Shown: positions 37,824 through 51,454 of the stretch, in pieces
How the letters are laid out: every line of letters begins with the position of its first letter
Numbering within the stretch: the first letter of the stretch is position 1
Assembly (NCBI GenBank): GCA_951804945.1
Contig: OX638149.1
Location: 95,232,001 to 95,296,000, forward strand
Source of the DNA: Podarcis cretensis
Lineage: Eukaryota
Direction: 5' to 3'
Length of the DNA stretch: 64,000 bases
The notes under the pieces: model-generated
Told to the model about the DNA's origin: nothing
The model's database searches: none
Seen by the model: only the letters and a program-made list of their open reading frames with translations
Translations under genes and position numbers: made by a program

Positions 37824-39615
37824 TACTGTTCTACTTAGTGGTGTCTACAGGCTCAGTTCCATTTCCTTAACCTTGAAAGGTTACCTTATGGCATCAAGCT
37901 AATAATTGTCTTTAGCATCTGTTCACACACAAAAATAAGAAAAGAAGGGATGTACAGTATATACATTGTCAACTGGGATAACTTTTCTACCCCACCTGCA
38001 GACCAGTAATGTGTTAACAGAGCTACAAGTGCTATGGGAGTTTCCTCTGCACCCAGAGCCCTGCTTCTAGCATTCTTTTATTAGAGGATTGCAACTGTGA
38101 TGGGATGGAATATGAAAGCTACTCAGATTCCTGCTGTTCCACTGCAACTTATCATCCATGACTACAGAACATAAATTACTTCCTTGAAACACCCTGATAC
38201 GTATGGAAAGCTGTGTCATTCCATAATCCATGTGAAATCTCCTCCCAATCATGCAAAGTTCAGACATCTGCTAGTTATTATGAGCTCTGTCTGCTTGAGA
38301 TGATAATTTATAGCCATCAGTGTGTTTGTGTGTGTAGAAGTGGAGAGATATACTTCAAAGTGTTAATAGAATTGTGTGCTTACAAGGTTTGTCGTTTCCT
38401 GTGTTACTGATTTCCTTTGTTAATGCAGATATAGCCAACAGCTTTTGAAACTACATTGTGTTATGGGTCATAAAGGTGTGGTCACAGTAGAAGCAGTACA
38501 GAAAGCTGTGGGAAGAGCTCAACAAATAGCTTTGTTTTACTTTTTCCAAGCACATGAAGAAAGACATAAGTTAAATTTCAGCTATGCATTCATCCAACCT
38601 AATAGGTGGGTGTTACCCATGAAAATGTTGGAAAAGAGAGGTAGTCTTGAGGCATCGTCAGAATTGAAGGGGACAGATCAGCTTTCAAATTTGTCATGGA
38701 AACATCTTGTCAACCCAGTAACAATGACGTCAAGTTGATAAGACAAGTGTTAGTTTGTTCAGAACACACCTGTTCAACAGCAGGAGGGCAAGGTACAGTG
38801 GGTTTCACATTTTTGGTGCACTGCTATGATTGTGTCTCGGTGATCAGTTCTGTTTCTCTCCATTGTCGCTTAGATCACTGTACTGAGATAAAAAAGTAGT
38901 TAATAGAAGACTTTGGTGGGGGAAATCTTCTGCAAAATTATCCATCTCTTTTGAAGTTAGTGATATTAATATATGCAGTGCAGTGAATTTTCCTTCCTCT
39001 TTATTTTTACCCTCTTTGCATGTGAGCAAAAGCTTTTAATTTCTGTAGCCAATGCAAGATTATAGCAGATGTTAGCAGATGGTCATTGCAGCAGGGTCAT
39101 AATAATTCCATCAGAACTGCAACTTGATAAGAATGATTTTTTTCTTCATATTATTTGTTTTGTGTTTTAGATTTTTATCTAATATAGTAGTCAACTTATA
39201 TAGATTTAATAATGAGTGAAAAGTTGTCTCTGAAGGTACAAGGAGTTGATGTGGGGTTTGTTTGTTTTTGCATAATTTGCACAAATAATGGAAAAGTAGC
39301 TTGGTCATATGAGTATATAATAATAGTTTTAAATACTACATGTTACAATGTAGTAGGTAAACTGCATGAGTAGAAATGGGAGATTACTATAATACAGTAT
39401 ACATGAGGTGGAAAAAGGTATGCCTCTTGATGATACAAAGCATGAATGGATATAAGATTTGGAAAGAGAAGTGTTGAAAGGTATTGAAATTAATTTAGCC
39501 TGAGAGCTAAATTAAGACATCAGGTGTCAGATGGCATTACTATTAATGGGTTAACACCAAGTGGAAGCAGTGCCAACCAGGACTCTCCTTGGTCAGTAAC
39601 TAGAATGGTATCATA

Positions 39616-39972
39616 CAGTGGTGCCTCGCAAGACGAAATTAATCCGTTCCATGAGGCTCTTCGTATAGCGGTTTTTTCGTCTTGCGAAGCAAGCCCATTG
39701 ACAGCTTAGCGGATTAGCGCTATTAGCGGTTTAGCGGCTTTTAGCGGATCAGCTGATAAGCGGCTTATCAGCGGATCAGCTGATAAGCGGTTTAGCGGCT
39801 TAGGAAAAGGGGGAAAATAGGGGGGGGGAACCCGCAGGAACTCGCAAGACATTTCGTCTTGCGAAGCAAGCCCATAGGGAAATTCGTTTTGCGAAGCGCC
39901 TCCAAAACGGAAAACCCTTTCGTCTAGCGGGTTTTCCGTCTTGCAAGGCGTTCGTCTTGCGGGGCACCACTG
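39616..39972. mobile_element. Tigger/pogo-like MITE with internal AGCGG repeats
   Basis: TIR cagtggtgcctcgcaagacgaa / ttcgtcttgcggggcaccactg; TA TSD. Confidence 0.88.
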
Positions 39973-40112
39973 TACTGCTATCGATGATTTACCAAAAATC
40001 AGGAAATGGTCAGCCATAAGGTAGGTGGTAATTATCTACTAGCTTAGCAAGTGGTGACTGTTTTTTCGTATGTAATACTGTGTGGATATTGTCATTGTGT
40101 GGTTTAGTCACT

Positions 40113-40475
40113 GCACAATGCGGGTGGCGCTGTGGTGTAAACCACTGAGCCCTAGGGCTTGCCAATCAGAAGATTGGCAGTTTGAATCCCTGCGATGGGG
40201 TGAGCTCCTGTTGTTCAGTTTCAGCTCCTGACAACCTAGCAGTTCAAAAGCACGTCAAAGTGCAAGTAGATAAATAGGTACTGCTCAGGCGGGAAGGTAA
40301 ATAGCGTTTCCGTGTGCTGCTCTGGTTTCGCCATAAGCGGCTTAGTCATGCTGGCCACATGACCCGGAAAAATTGTCTGTGGACAGACGTTGGCTCCCTC
40401 AGCCAGTAAAGCGAGATGAGCGCCGCAACCCCAGAATCATTTGCGACTGGACTTAACTGTCCTTTACCTTTTTTA
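40113..40475 (+). mobile_element. Sauria SINE
   Basis: Same body; CCTTTACCTT tail; 11-bp TSD gtttagtcact (40102-40112, 40476-40486). Confidence 0.92.
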
Positions 40476-40778
40476 GTTTAGTCACTAGGTGGCACTAGAC
40501 TTAGCAGTAACTGGGTGGCCTCATGAGTTACCTCTTGCTGTTCTTGTTGGAGAGAGATATTAAAGTATGTGGCTGGTGTGTCCTATAAACCTCCCATGAC
40601 AGTAACCATCACTCACTAGTACTACAAAGTTATACCTAGTACGTACATTTAAAATTTTTCTGCTATTGCTAAAAAAAAGTTATTAAGACAGTTAAGTCTA
40701 TTGCATTGAATACATTTAAAAATAGTGGTGTGAATCTTTGGATTTCTGAAGAAAGCCAAGAAAGGCAATGGTCATACG

Positions 40779-40782
40779 CACA

Positions 40783-40819
<37 letters not shown>
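40779..40819. repeat. (CA)n microsatellite
   Basis: Direct reading. Confidence 0.9.
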
Positions 40820-40821
<2 letters not shown>

Positions 40822-43800
40822 TGTAGTCACAGAAAGCGAAATCATGGGGTGTGTTAGCAAAATAGTTGGTTGTTCAAATTTCACAGGTGTTGTCTGTCTT
40901 TGAGAATGAGACCTTTATTTTGTCAAAGATAAAAAAAACCCTTCATTTGCATATAAAAGCTGATGGTCATTGTATATAAATTTGGGGGGCCCTGGTTGAT
41001 CCTTGATTTGTCAAGGATCTGGGAATCTATTCACATCCTTTGCTGACCCTTTTCTTCTTGTAGTGACTTTCCACCATGCTTTCTTTGATAAAGGCATTAT
41101 AACTCATCCCCTAGTGTATTACCTAGAAATAACTTCCAGTAAAATCAGTGGGATGTACTTCCACTAAATGTGCTTAGCATTTATAGAAATTAAGGTTATA
41201 GTCCTATACACACTTGCTTTCGAGCTGAACTCAATGTGACTTACTTCTGAACAGACATGCATAGGATTGCAATGTGAATAGTGCTGAAGGATAGAGAGGG
41301 AAACCAGTTTATTTCAAATGAACATTTTAGAAGTGATAGCTGAGAACAGGATAGGGAACCTGTGGCCCTCCAGGTGTCATTGGCTCCAGCTCATATCAGT
41401 CCCCACTAGCATGGATAATTGGGATGATTGAAGATTGTGGTGGTCACAAGTTCCACATCGTTTGCCTAGAATAATGAAATAATTCTGTGCTAGTTTTGCT
41501 GTGCGCAATTTGAACACGCCATTGTGAATCACTAGTAACAGTAATCAAGACCATTATTAGGATAGGACTGCTGGCATACTGCTTTGGATTTGGGGGTGCA
41601 GAAAAATACTGGTAGGGTTCTCCCCCTCCTTGCCCTGGTGACTATTGTAGTAGTAGTAGTAGTAATATCCTCCCCATCTGACTGGGTTGCCCCAGCCACT
41701 CATTATTTTTTTCCAATTTGCACACCAAATTAATAAAATTAGAGTATATTGACGGGGATTTATGCTGTCCACAACTTTGCCTATTCATTAGCATGCCTTT
41801 TCTATGAAGCTTTCCCCATTCCAAATCAACTAAGGTGGGGGAGGAGAATGGGGTAGTGGTTTCTCAGCCACAAATGGAACAGATCAGGAAGAAGAGTCAT
41901 GAAAACAAATGAAGTGTGGCACATACTGTACTTTCAATCAACAGAGTATAGGTGAACAGGAAAAACGAGTTGCTCACAATCGCTAGCCCAGAATGCTTCT
42001 TCCATTCTTCCATTATTATAGGAATTTTTGAAATGTTTTAAATCATGAGTTTCATAAGAATAAGTGCACACATAGAGTGAGGTGTCTGCATTCAACACCT
42101 TCTAAACAGTGAATATTAACAGGTGTATCCTTAACCTGAAATTATTTAGATTACTTTTCTGCAATGCAACACCTGTGAGATTCCATTTAAAGGGTGGGGT
42201 GCAACTGTTTGCCCTCAAAATTCCAGTATTGCTCCCCCCAATAAAAAATAAGAAATCTCTGGTGTTGCTAAATCCCTCTATATTTCTCCCCTGTCCCTGC
42301 ATATGTTTGTCAGTGAAGTCAGCTCAAGTCTTCTCTGTAGGATCAGTCCAGTGAACCATTAAGTTAAATTTATTCCAGTCTTCCCTCGAGTCAAAGCTGA
42401 ATGTTGAATTTACAGTAACTGTGCCTGAAGACAGTCAATAAAAATGAAAAAAGCAACAGTAAGATTCTTAAATGGAGAGCAACCTAAAAAAAATGGCAAA
42501 GATTGAAAGAAGCCTCTCTAGAAAGGGGCAAAAAGGAGTGTGACTTCAAGAGCCATCTGGTTTATACATAGTTTGAATAATCCCTTCCAATTAAGATTAA
42601 AACCATTTTCATATAAAACATCTGTTCTCTGATTTCAGCATTTAGAAGAGGAAAACACCAGGGAATAATTTGAACCCATCCATCAGGATTTTATTTTAAG
42701 CATTCAGAACTGATATTTGGTTTCTTAAGGTGATGCTGCCAAGTATGTTCAACAATGCTTATTATCTTAGCAGTATCAAACAAATAAGGTTTTTATTTCA
42801 ATGTATTTTTCACCTTGGTGGAGTGGGATATTTACAGCTATCATAGTGAACTGGGCTGCCAGTGGGGAAAAACCCTAATCCAATAACTTATTTTATATAG
42901 AGATGAATAGGAACAGAGGTTTATCACAGTGAAGCCCCATGCAAAACTGAACTATTCAGCCGGGCAAAGAGTGTTTTATTCTAAATCCAGACCACATTTT
43001 AAGATTACTAACCCAAGAATAATGTGACAAATGTTTGATGAACCCACCACCATTATTGTCATATTTGGATGGTCATTGAATTGAATTCCCTGTCCCTGCT
43101 CTTTTTTTCTTTCTTTTGTAAGAAATTTGTGTGCTTGTTTACAAAAAAAATGAGGAGGAAAGTTTTTTTTACCTACCTCTTCTTTCTGCTATCCAGCAAA
43201 TGGTAAAATGCTTGTTAGTGTTTCTGCTTTGCGTTTACAAAAATGTGCCATGGAAACTTAAATACCTATTGGCAGCAAAACATTATACTGCAAGGTAATG
43301 ATTCACCCAGGGTTAGGCTGCTAGGGAACAACCCGAAGTTCCTTGGGAGGGTGGCTGAGGGGCTGCTGCAGACTTTCTGCTTCACCAACAGAAACTGAGT
43401 GAAGAAGGTAACTGCTGGAGACTTCCATGGTGCAGCAGTAAAAAGTTCTGCAGCCTGTGATGCTCTAACAATAGTAGGAAAACAAAAAGGGCATGTTGGG
43501 GTGAATCAGAGACCTTTGATCCACTGGATCAAAATCCCTCCTGTTCCCCTGACATGCCCCCAAGAAGGGAGAAATACTATGCTGGCAGATTTATTTTCTC
43601 ATGCACTGGAACCAAGGGAGGGGATTTTAAGAACAAAACAGAGATGAAAAGGGTGGAAGAGATACCACATCATTGACAGGCCCAGCAGGGCTTTGCCTAC
43701 TGTCAGGCCCGAGTCAGGTCTGGGCAGGCAGCAACAGGATCTCTGACAGCTCCAATGGGGCTGTGTTGGCTGAAGTGTTCTCCTCTGCAGGCAGCTACAG

Positions 43801-45440
43801 AAGATGTCATCTCTGCTGGGAGCTAAAGCTAACTGAAGCCTTGTACAGGCTGACAAGACATGGAGTATGGTAGGTCCTTGGAGCAGCTGGATGGCTGTTT
43901 AAAGGCTCTTCACTATTTTGTAGTCTTTTGACTTCTATGAGGTTCTTCTAGGGACTCATCCTCTGACTCAGAGCTCTGTCTTCCAGATAGGAAGGCCCTC
44001 AATAAGGCACTTGTAGTTCTCCCAGGGAAGTGGTCTGAACATCTTCCTCATCAGCGTCCTCCATGGTGTACTGCAAGGTCATAGGTCATGGTAGGCTTAG
44101 AAAGTGGTGCATCCTCTGTTATGGAATCTCCCCTCCTCCTCTAACATTGCTCTGTCCATAGTCTTAATTAGGAGCAGTGACTAAGTGATTAAGGGCCAGC
44201 TGAGACAATCTGGAAATGCTGTGTGCCGAATAAGGCAGTGGGGACCCACCTGTAAGTCTATTACTACATGAGTGTCGTGGCTGTTCACCAGTAATGCCAT
44301 GTTTTGGTAATTAATCAGTTAAAACCTTTTGATAAATTGAAAAGGTGTTTCCAATTAATCAGGGAGCAGATTTTAATTCTTTCAACAATTATTTTATGTG
44401 ATATGTTTAAAAATCCATAGGTGCCTTCTTAGAAGAACAAAGGGTGCCTGATGCAACAAATGTGTACATAATCTAAAAACAAATAATCCATTTTTTTCTG
44501 TCTGACCTACTTTAGATGCAAATATATGCAAATTAAAATTCATTCAAACTCAGTTGATCAACTATGATTTATTTATTCAAATGACAGGCCTCGTACATAT
44601 GTACTGTTACTGAGGTACCAGCTTACCCTCATCCTGAGTATAGCCAGCAGTGCAGGGGTGGAGAACCTTGGGCACAGGGACTGAATGTGGTCCTTAAGAC
44701 CTCTCAGTCTGCTCCTCCATATTTGCTATTTACTTCAGTCTTAGTTAAGAACCTGAAGGTGACACATGACTTCTTTTTCCCCAGTATTTCACTGGTCGCC
44801 TTCGCCATTCACCAGTATTTCACTGAATTGTGTAAAGTTTGAAAGCAACACATGCATTTTCACTTATTGTTGCAATCTGAATGTAAAGCTATAGTATTTG
44901 AACATGAACTATTATTTGCTTCCTGCTAAAGGTTCTGAGGACTTTGCAAGAGTGGCTCACACAGACTTGCTTATCTTAGTCTGATGTTTACAGCAGTATG
45001 TGGCGTAAAAGAAGAAAAAGTAGCAAAGCATCATGCCATATGGACATCCCCAACCTTAAAACAATTCCGTGATAATCTTAATGAGCTGCTATTCTAGGGC
45101 AGTAGTTTCAAAGTCTTTCTTTCCTAGAGAACATTTACAAATTGTGCAAGCATATCATCCCAAGCTGTGTAGCGCATGTATGTGCACAGGCTGCCTACAT
45201 TAGTCAAAAAATCAGCAGAGTCAGGTTGTAGATGTGGTTGTCTATTAAGGTTTCCTGTTGTGCCACAATCTGCCCAAGCAATCTGGAACACTAAAAGGTG
45301 CATGTTATCTAAACACAGAGAAACAGATTTTCTTTCAGCTACTATAACTGCATGTTTCCAGTTACTGTTGTGGTCTCTTCCACCTGTTGTAAAACAACTA
45401 GATTTCTCTTGGTCTAAAGGACCATACATATACATACCGT

Positions 45441-45569
45441 AGGTTTTTAAGCAGAGGTTGAAAGGCCATCTGTCATGGATGCTTTAGCTGAGATTCTTGC
45501 ATTGCAGAGGATTGGACTAGATGACCCTCATGATCCCTTCCAACTACAATTCGATGATTCCATAATTCT
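45441..45569 (+). mobile_element. CR1 LINE 3' fragment
   Basis: Highly similar to 21697-21817. Confidence 0.8.
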
Positions 45570-46153
45570 CTGGACATTTTCTCTTCTCCTTTGGCAGCAA
45601 CAAAACCAACTAAATCTCTCCTTCCCTCCCATCTCCTTCTTTCCTACCTAAGAGACCTAGACCAGGAAGGAGGTTTCACAAGTCCATATTTCTTTTAATT
45701 CAAACAGCTCCTGGATCCCAAAGTGTTTAGAGATTTCTGTATTCAAGAAATCAATGAGGCCTCCTAAAACTAAGTAAAGTGGAACTGTGTTTAATGTGGA
45801 ATGTAGGGATGCTGCCCAAAATAGCATATTTGTATGATTTCTTCTTCACCTGTAACATGTAGTATCCCTTACCCCATATCTGGACATCATCACTTTCCCC
45901 GCCTCCACATTATCAACACATGGTAAGTGATCATATGCATTATAAGAAAAATGGAGATTCATCATGGAGTGGTGTTTTTGTTACCATTCCTACACATTAT
46001 GCATGATATAGGATTGGTGACAGAAACAGTCGCTGCATGTTGAGCTACATACTGTGTAGGATCACTTAATATGTGCCAACAATGTGGAACAGAGAAGGGG
46101 GATGTGATGTTGACAGGGCACAGGGTGGGTGTCCATACAAAGACAATAAGATA

Positions 46154-46248
46154 CAGTGGTGCCTCGCAAGACGAGCCTCCGTTCCGTGAGGCTCTTCGTA
46201 TAGCGGTTTTTCCGTCTTGCGAGGCGTTCGTCTTGCGGGGCACCACTG
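46154..46248. mobile_element. 95-bp deletion derivative of the 39616 MITE family
   Basis: Same TIRs and TA TSD. Confidence 0.88.
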
Positions 46249-48231
46249 TATCATGCAAAAATACCTTTGGCAGCATCCCAGTCTCCTGCATAAAATATAT
46301 CTGAACATTTTTAGGAGGACTTTTTTCTGCTTATAAAGGAGTAGCTTTAATTATTCAAATGTTTGGATAGCTCTCTGGCCTGGTACACATAGGCAGGGAT
46401 GGACAAAAGTGACTGGTGCCATCTGTTTTAATAGGAGGTAAAATACAATTTATAAAACTACGTAGGAAACTTGTTGTAAACTGCACAGAGAACATTACAT
46501 TCTGCCCTTTCCTATTCACCCAGGTGGGCATGGCAACAATACTGAACAATGTGCAGTTGAAATTCAACACGTGGAGAGAGATGAGTTGATAGGACTCCGT
46601 TTTCCACCCCCACCCTAGGTTGTAGACATAAGTTAATCATCATTCTCTATCTTTCTCACTTTTCTGCTCTCTGAATTTCATAGTGACTAAAACTGGCTTT
46701 CATCCAAGCCTGATGGGCAGAGGTTTCCTAACAGAAATGGCAGTTTCTTTAGTATTCATTGAAGATGTGCGCTTTGTTTAAATCCTCCTGGTAGTGTTGA
46801 ATTTTGTGAATTTTGCAGTTGTGTGTTAACAGTGTTTCCTTACTCTGAATTTCTTGAGCTTTCCCCCTAATCTAACCAATTTTTCCCCTAGATAAAGAAT
46901 AGATAAAATCAGTTTGTGCTATAGAATAAACATGTCTCTTTAAGAGACATTCAGTCTCTCAATATTTTAACAAAACCCCTTCACAGGATTGTTCAGTATT
47001 GCCCATCCAGTGGTTTTATGGAGGAGGCTTACTGGAAAGGTGTGGTTAATCTGATTGCTGTGATGGACTTGAATAATACTCTGTCATTATGAGCAATGAT
47101 TGGAACTAGAAGCAAAAATATATGCTTACAGTCCAGATCTATGGAGATATTTCCCCTTACATTTCCATATTTAAATATGGAAAAAGAAAGTCTAGGACTG
47201 GAGTGTCATCTTTGATAGTTTTTCTTTGGCTCAGTCTTCCATATCGATGTACGTAGATCAAACATAACGGTATAATATTGCAGAGAGCTGAGTGTCACAA
47301 TAATAAAGGAGGCATGCCACCTACAGATAGGTGCCTCATGGAAAATCAAGTATCATTTTCCACATGGGACTGACATAAGAAGCACATCATTGTAGTTTAA
47401 AAGGCTCTACCAGTTTCAGTTAGCATTGTGGAGCAGCAGAGAGTGGAACCAGCACTTTGTGTTTCCCTGTTCTTTATTTTATTGTGAATCTAACTGTACT
47501 CCACAACAGTGTGATAATTTCCCTGAGTTTCTACATCATGGATAGGGAACCCATGGCTCTTCAGATATTGTTGGGCTACCACTCCCATCATCCTTTACCA
47601 TTGACCATTCTGGGTGGGGCTAATGGGAGCAGGGGTAAACAACATCTGGAAGGTCTCCTTCCCAGTTTTATATATTTGCTCTTAAATCAGCTACCAATTT
47701 TCCCCCTGCCCTTTTATTATTTGCCTTTGCTCACATAAATGTTCCCTCCTCCTTTTATTGAATGCAAACATGTGGTCGCTTTGTGAAAAGCTGTTAAAGA
47801 AAATGAATAAAACTTAATGAGGGAATTTATTACAGAAATAAGGAGACACAAACATATTGCTGGAAATGGTACTAACACATTTACCTGAGAAATATTATAT
47901 TCTCAAGGCTTAACTTTTATCCGATGTTACTCACGTGTATGTGTGAGTAATAACATGCAGCCTTTTTAAAAAAATGTATATTATAAAACAGTACTTGGAT
48001 TAACATTGGAGAAGGAGACTGTCATCCTATACAAACCTACCTGGGGGAGAAAGCCCCACTGAACTCAGCATTCTCTTTTAAGCATTCTGTTACAAATAAA
48101 TGAAAGCCTGATGCTTCTGGCAAGCCTACAAGCAGGTCATGTAGGCAACAGTCCCTCAGCAACTGGTATCCAGTGGCAAATTGTCTTTGAACATAGAAGT
48201 TACTGCTAAGAACTATCTTAGCAGTGTTACT

Positions 48232-48236
<5 letters not shown>

Positions 48237-48272
<36 letters not shown>
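48237..48272. repeat. (AC)n microsatellite
   Basis: Direct reading. Confidence 0.9.
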
Positions 48273-48274
<2 letters not shown>

Positions 48275-48944
48275 CAGGACAGCTTTTAAAAAATGTTGTC
48301 CTTTGAACTACGTGCTCCCTTCAAATGTTGCTGGTCTACAGTTCCCATCAGTTCTGGCTAGCAGGGTCAATGGTCAAGGATGATGGATATGACCTAATCC
48401 AAACCTGCAGTATTATACATTTGTTAATATAGGGGGGAGGCAGTTGCAAAGTTATTCCAGCAAGTAGCTCCGCTAGAAGCAACCTTATGTCCTTGATCAA
48501 CTTCATTGGAATTCCTCTGGCTATACTCCCACTGTGATGGAGCCATAGCTTGAGTTCTACCTCAAGTGACATTTTAACAAATGAAAAAAGATGAAAAGGA
48601 CAAAGAGTCTCTGCCTGGTAACAATATATGAGGGTCAAATAATACAAATGCTCCTTAAGCACCAGAGTTCAGGAGTGCTCTCCCCCTGACCCAAGCGGTT
48701 TTTGCTACTTCAGAGGATTAAGAGTTTAATAAGTTATTGACAGGAGCTATGTCACAAATTGATTTTTATGTTAGCCCCTGTCTGAGGCATGGGGTCACAA
48801 ATAATTGATGAGGAGGCTTTTGCAGTTTACTGTACTGTTCCTTAGATAAGAGTAGCTTCCCACGAAGCCACTAGAGGATCTAGAATTCAGCAAAATGCCA
48901 AAAGCTGCAACCAGACAATGGAAACCCTGCTGGTTGCCCAAAAT

Positions 48945-49183
48945 ATTCATTCATTTAATCATTAATTCATTCAAGTTGTGTACCACCCTTCATCCATAGA
49001 TCTTGGATAAAATACAAGATGAAAATGCAGAATACATGATAAAAACGGGGGAGCCACAAACCAATAAACCCACCTCTTCCCACAAGCACATTTAAAAGGG
49101 AATACGATGTTAATTTCAGCCCAAGGCCTGGTTGAAGAGGAATGTTTTCGCCTGACACCTAAAGGTATAAAAGGAAGGTGCCT
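48945..49183 (-). mobile_element. L2-type LINE 3' fragment including the ORF2 C-terminus
   Basis: - strand encodes ...QAKTFLFNQA (L2 ORF2 end motif KTxLF), then a 3' UTR and (TGAA)n-like tail. Confidence 0.6.
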
Positions 49184-51073
49184 TTGCCCCTTAGCCCAAG
49201 GGAAACCTTACACTGTCCTTAAAAACTTGTTGAGCTTTTAGCAGACATTGCATCCATTTTCTCAAAGCTTTCTTCATTGCTATAAGGACTTTTTCATTTT
49301 TGCAAAAATATCCAAAATATGCAATTTTAGGAATGCTAATGAAGCTTATAAGGCTTTGTTGTAGAAAGCTAGATGCTATGCCTTTGATGTCATTGTGGTC
49401 ATGTAGATTTCTAGGAATTCTGCCACTTGACTTCGCTTATTTTTCGTAAATTTCCCCCTCAGCATTTAAGGGTACTTTCCTCTTTCCTTTGAATCTTTAC
49501 TTTATTTTTTCCAAAAGTTGTATGAAGCATCTAGAGAAAGTTTGCCTCTGCTTTTGTAACATCTACCAGCCTTACTGCTGTAAGCAATTGATGGGTACTT
49601 TTAAAGCTTTGGTTGGTGCTGTCAGTTACAAATTGACCATCATATACACTGTCTGGGCATATCTTGTATCACACCCCCACCATTCAGTCCAAAACAGCCT
49701 AGCTTGATGCAGCCATCCAGTTTGCCTTTAGACAGCAAATATGGACATCTAGTGGTTGTGTGTTGCATTGTATGCAGACTATATTCTTTTAAAGGAGTTG
49801 AATTGAACCTGATTCTCTCAACTTTTTAAATGAACTACCTTTATTATCCATACAATCCTAAATTGTGACATTGAAATCATTGACTAATGTATGTCAAGGC
49901 AGTCATAGTATTTTTTGCTATGCTGGAATCATATGAATGAGCCAAACTCAAAGTTCACCATGTAACTACTACAGAGCCTTCAAAAAATGTAACTTAAGCA
50001 ACTAAAACCAGCTAAGCTAATGGGCATCCTGGTTTGTTCAGAGTGCCTTATGATCCCTTAGATATACACTCCAAGGAAGTTTCAAGTCTGTGATGAAAAT
50101 ACGAGGCTAGGGATGGGTGGCTCAGGTCTGTTTCTTGTCTATGTCACTTTTACATGTGTTCATTCAGAAATCTATTCCATCACATTTCCATATTAATCTG
50201 TGAATTTTAATGCATAATTAAATATGTTTTCCTTAAAGTACTTATTTCTAAACATATTGTCTCTCAAAATGTGCATTTTAAAATGCATTTTGGTGAATTT
50301 TGAGACAAGAACTGTGTCAGAGAAGTTCAGTTGATAACTGGGTTCCAATCCACATATTAATCCAGAGTTACAGATCAGCTCAGTTCATGTCAGATTTCAT
50401 AAAGATCGAATTGCTTAAGCATCCCCCTGAGCCTCCTAGCACCATAGGGCAATAAAAGTGGGGTTTGTTCACAGAGGAATGTGCTCTGTGCTGATTCCAA
50501 GGACCAGTTTAGCAGCCAATTCCAGATACTATCAAAGCACTAAAAAAACCCTCTAGGCATAAAGATAGGTCAGGAAGTAGTTTGGTTTGCAGCTCCCCAG
50601 GGAGTTATACTGGCTTCACAGTTTGAGAGCCATTTTGTTCCTTGGTAGTCCTTCAGCTTTTGGGGCTGGCTAAGGATGATGGGAAGTAATATATGCAGAG
50701 AGAGAAGATCTTAAGTGTCTTTGCTTTAGAAATGGTAAGAAAACATTAATCTGAATGAGACCTAGTCAGTGTTATGAATAAAGGTCTAATCAATCTTCTG
50801 CTACATTCCTTCTCACCCAACTAGTGATCTTTTGCGTAAGACCTTTCATAGGAAGATCCACAGAAAATAGTGAAGGAGAGGGAGCAGTCTGTAAACACAT
50901 CCTTATGCAGTTGAGTACATGGATCAGGAATCCAGAAGCAACTGAGTGGGATGCTGAGCAAACAGTACCTGCCCTAAACTATTGTGAACATCAAACAGCA
51001 TAGACACAGGCCAAAAAGAAAAAAAAGGGTTGCCAAGATTTGGTAAAAAGAGTAACAAGGAAGCAGTGCAACT

Positions 51074-51170
51074 TAGAATCATAGAACTGTAGAGTTGGAA
51101 GAGACCCCAGGGTCATCTAGTCCAACCCCTTGCAATGCAAGAATCTCAGCTAGATCATACAAGACGGATG
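51074..51170 (-). mobile_element. CR1 LINE 3' fragment
   Basis: tagaatcatagaactgtagagttggaag...gggtcatctagtccaacccc. Confidence 0.8.
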
Positions 51171-51329
51171 TAGGCTATTGATTCTTTTCAATACAGCTCC
51201 TTGCTGGGGGTGCCAATACAACTCCTTGCCAAGGATGTAAGGGACCCTAGGTAGGTCTCTGCCAAAGGCAGACCTTTCTCGAATAGCACAGTCATTACCT
51301 TTATCATTAGCCAGCTGTGTGGACTACAC

Positions 51330-51454
51330 CAGGGGTGTCTAACCTGCGGTCCTCCTGAGGTTGTTGGACTACAGCTCCCATTAGCCCTAGCCAGCTTGGC
51401 CAGTAGTTGGGAGATGCAGTCCAACAACTGAATGGCTGCAAGTTAGTCCCTGTA
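51330..51454. mobile_element. Old hAT-like palindromic MITE (similar remnants near 7360, 41350, 47540, 48310, 56610, 62960)
   Basis: ggactacagctccca...tgggagatgcagtcc internal inverted repeat; flanks gactacac / ggctacac. Confidence 0.55.

Noticed and set aside
39700-39800. Repeats of agcggatcagctgata resembling an array
   Set aside because: Internal tandem repeats of a MITE; no unique spacers; vertebrate DNA, so not CRISPR.
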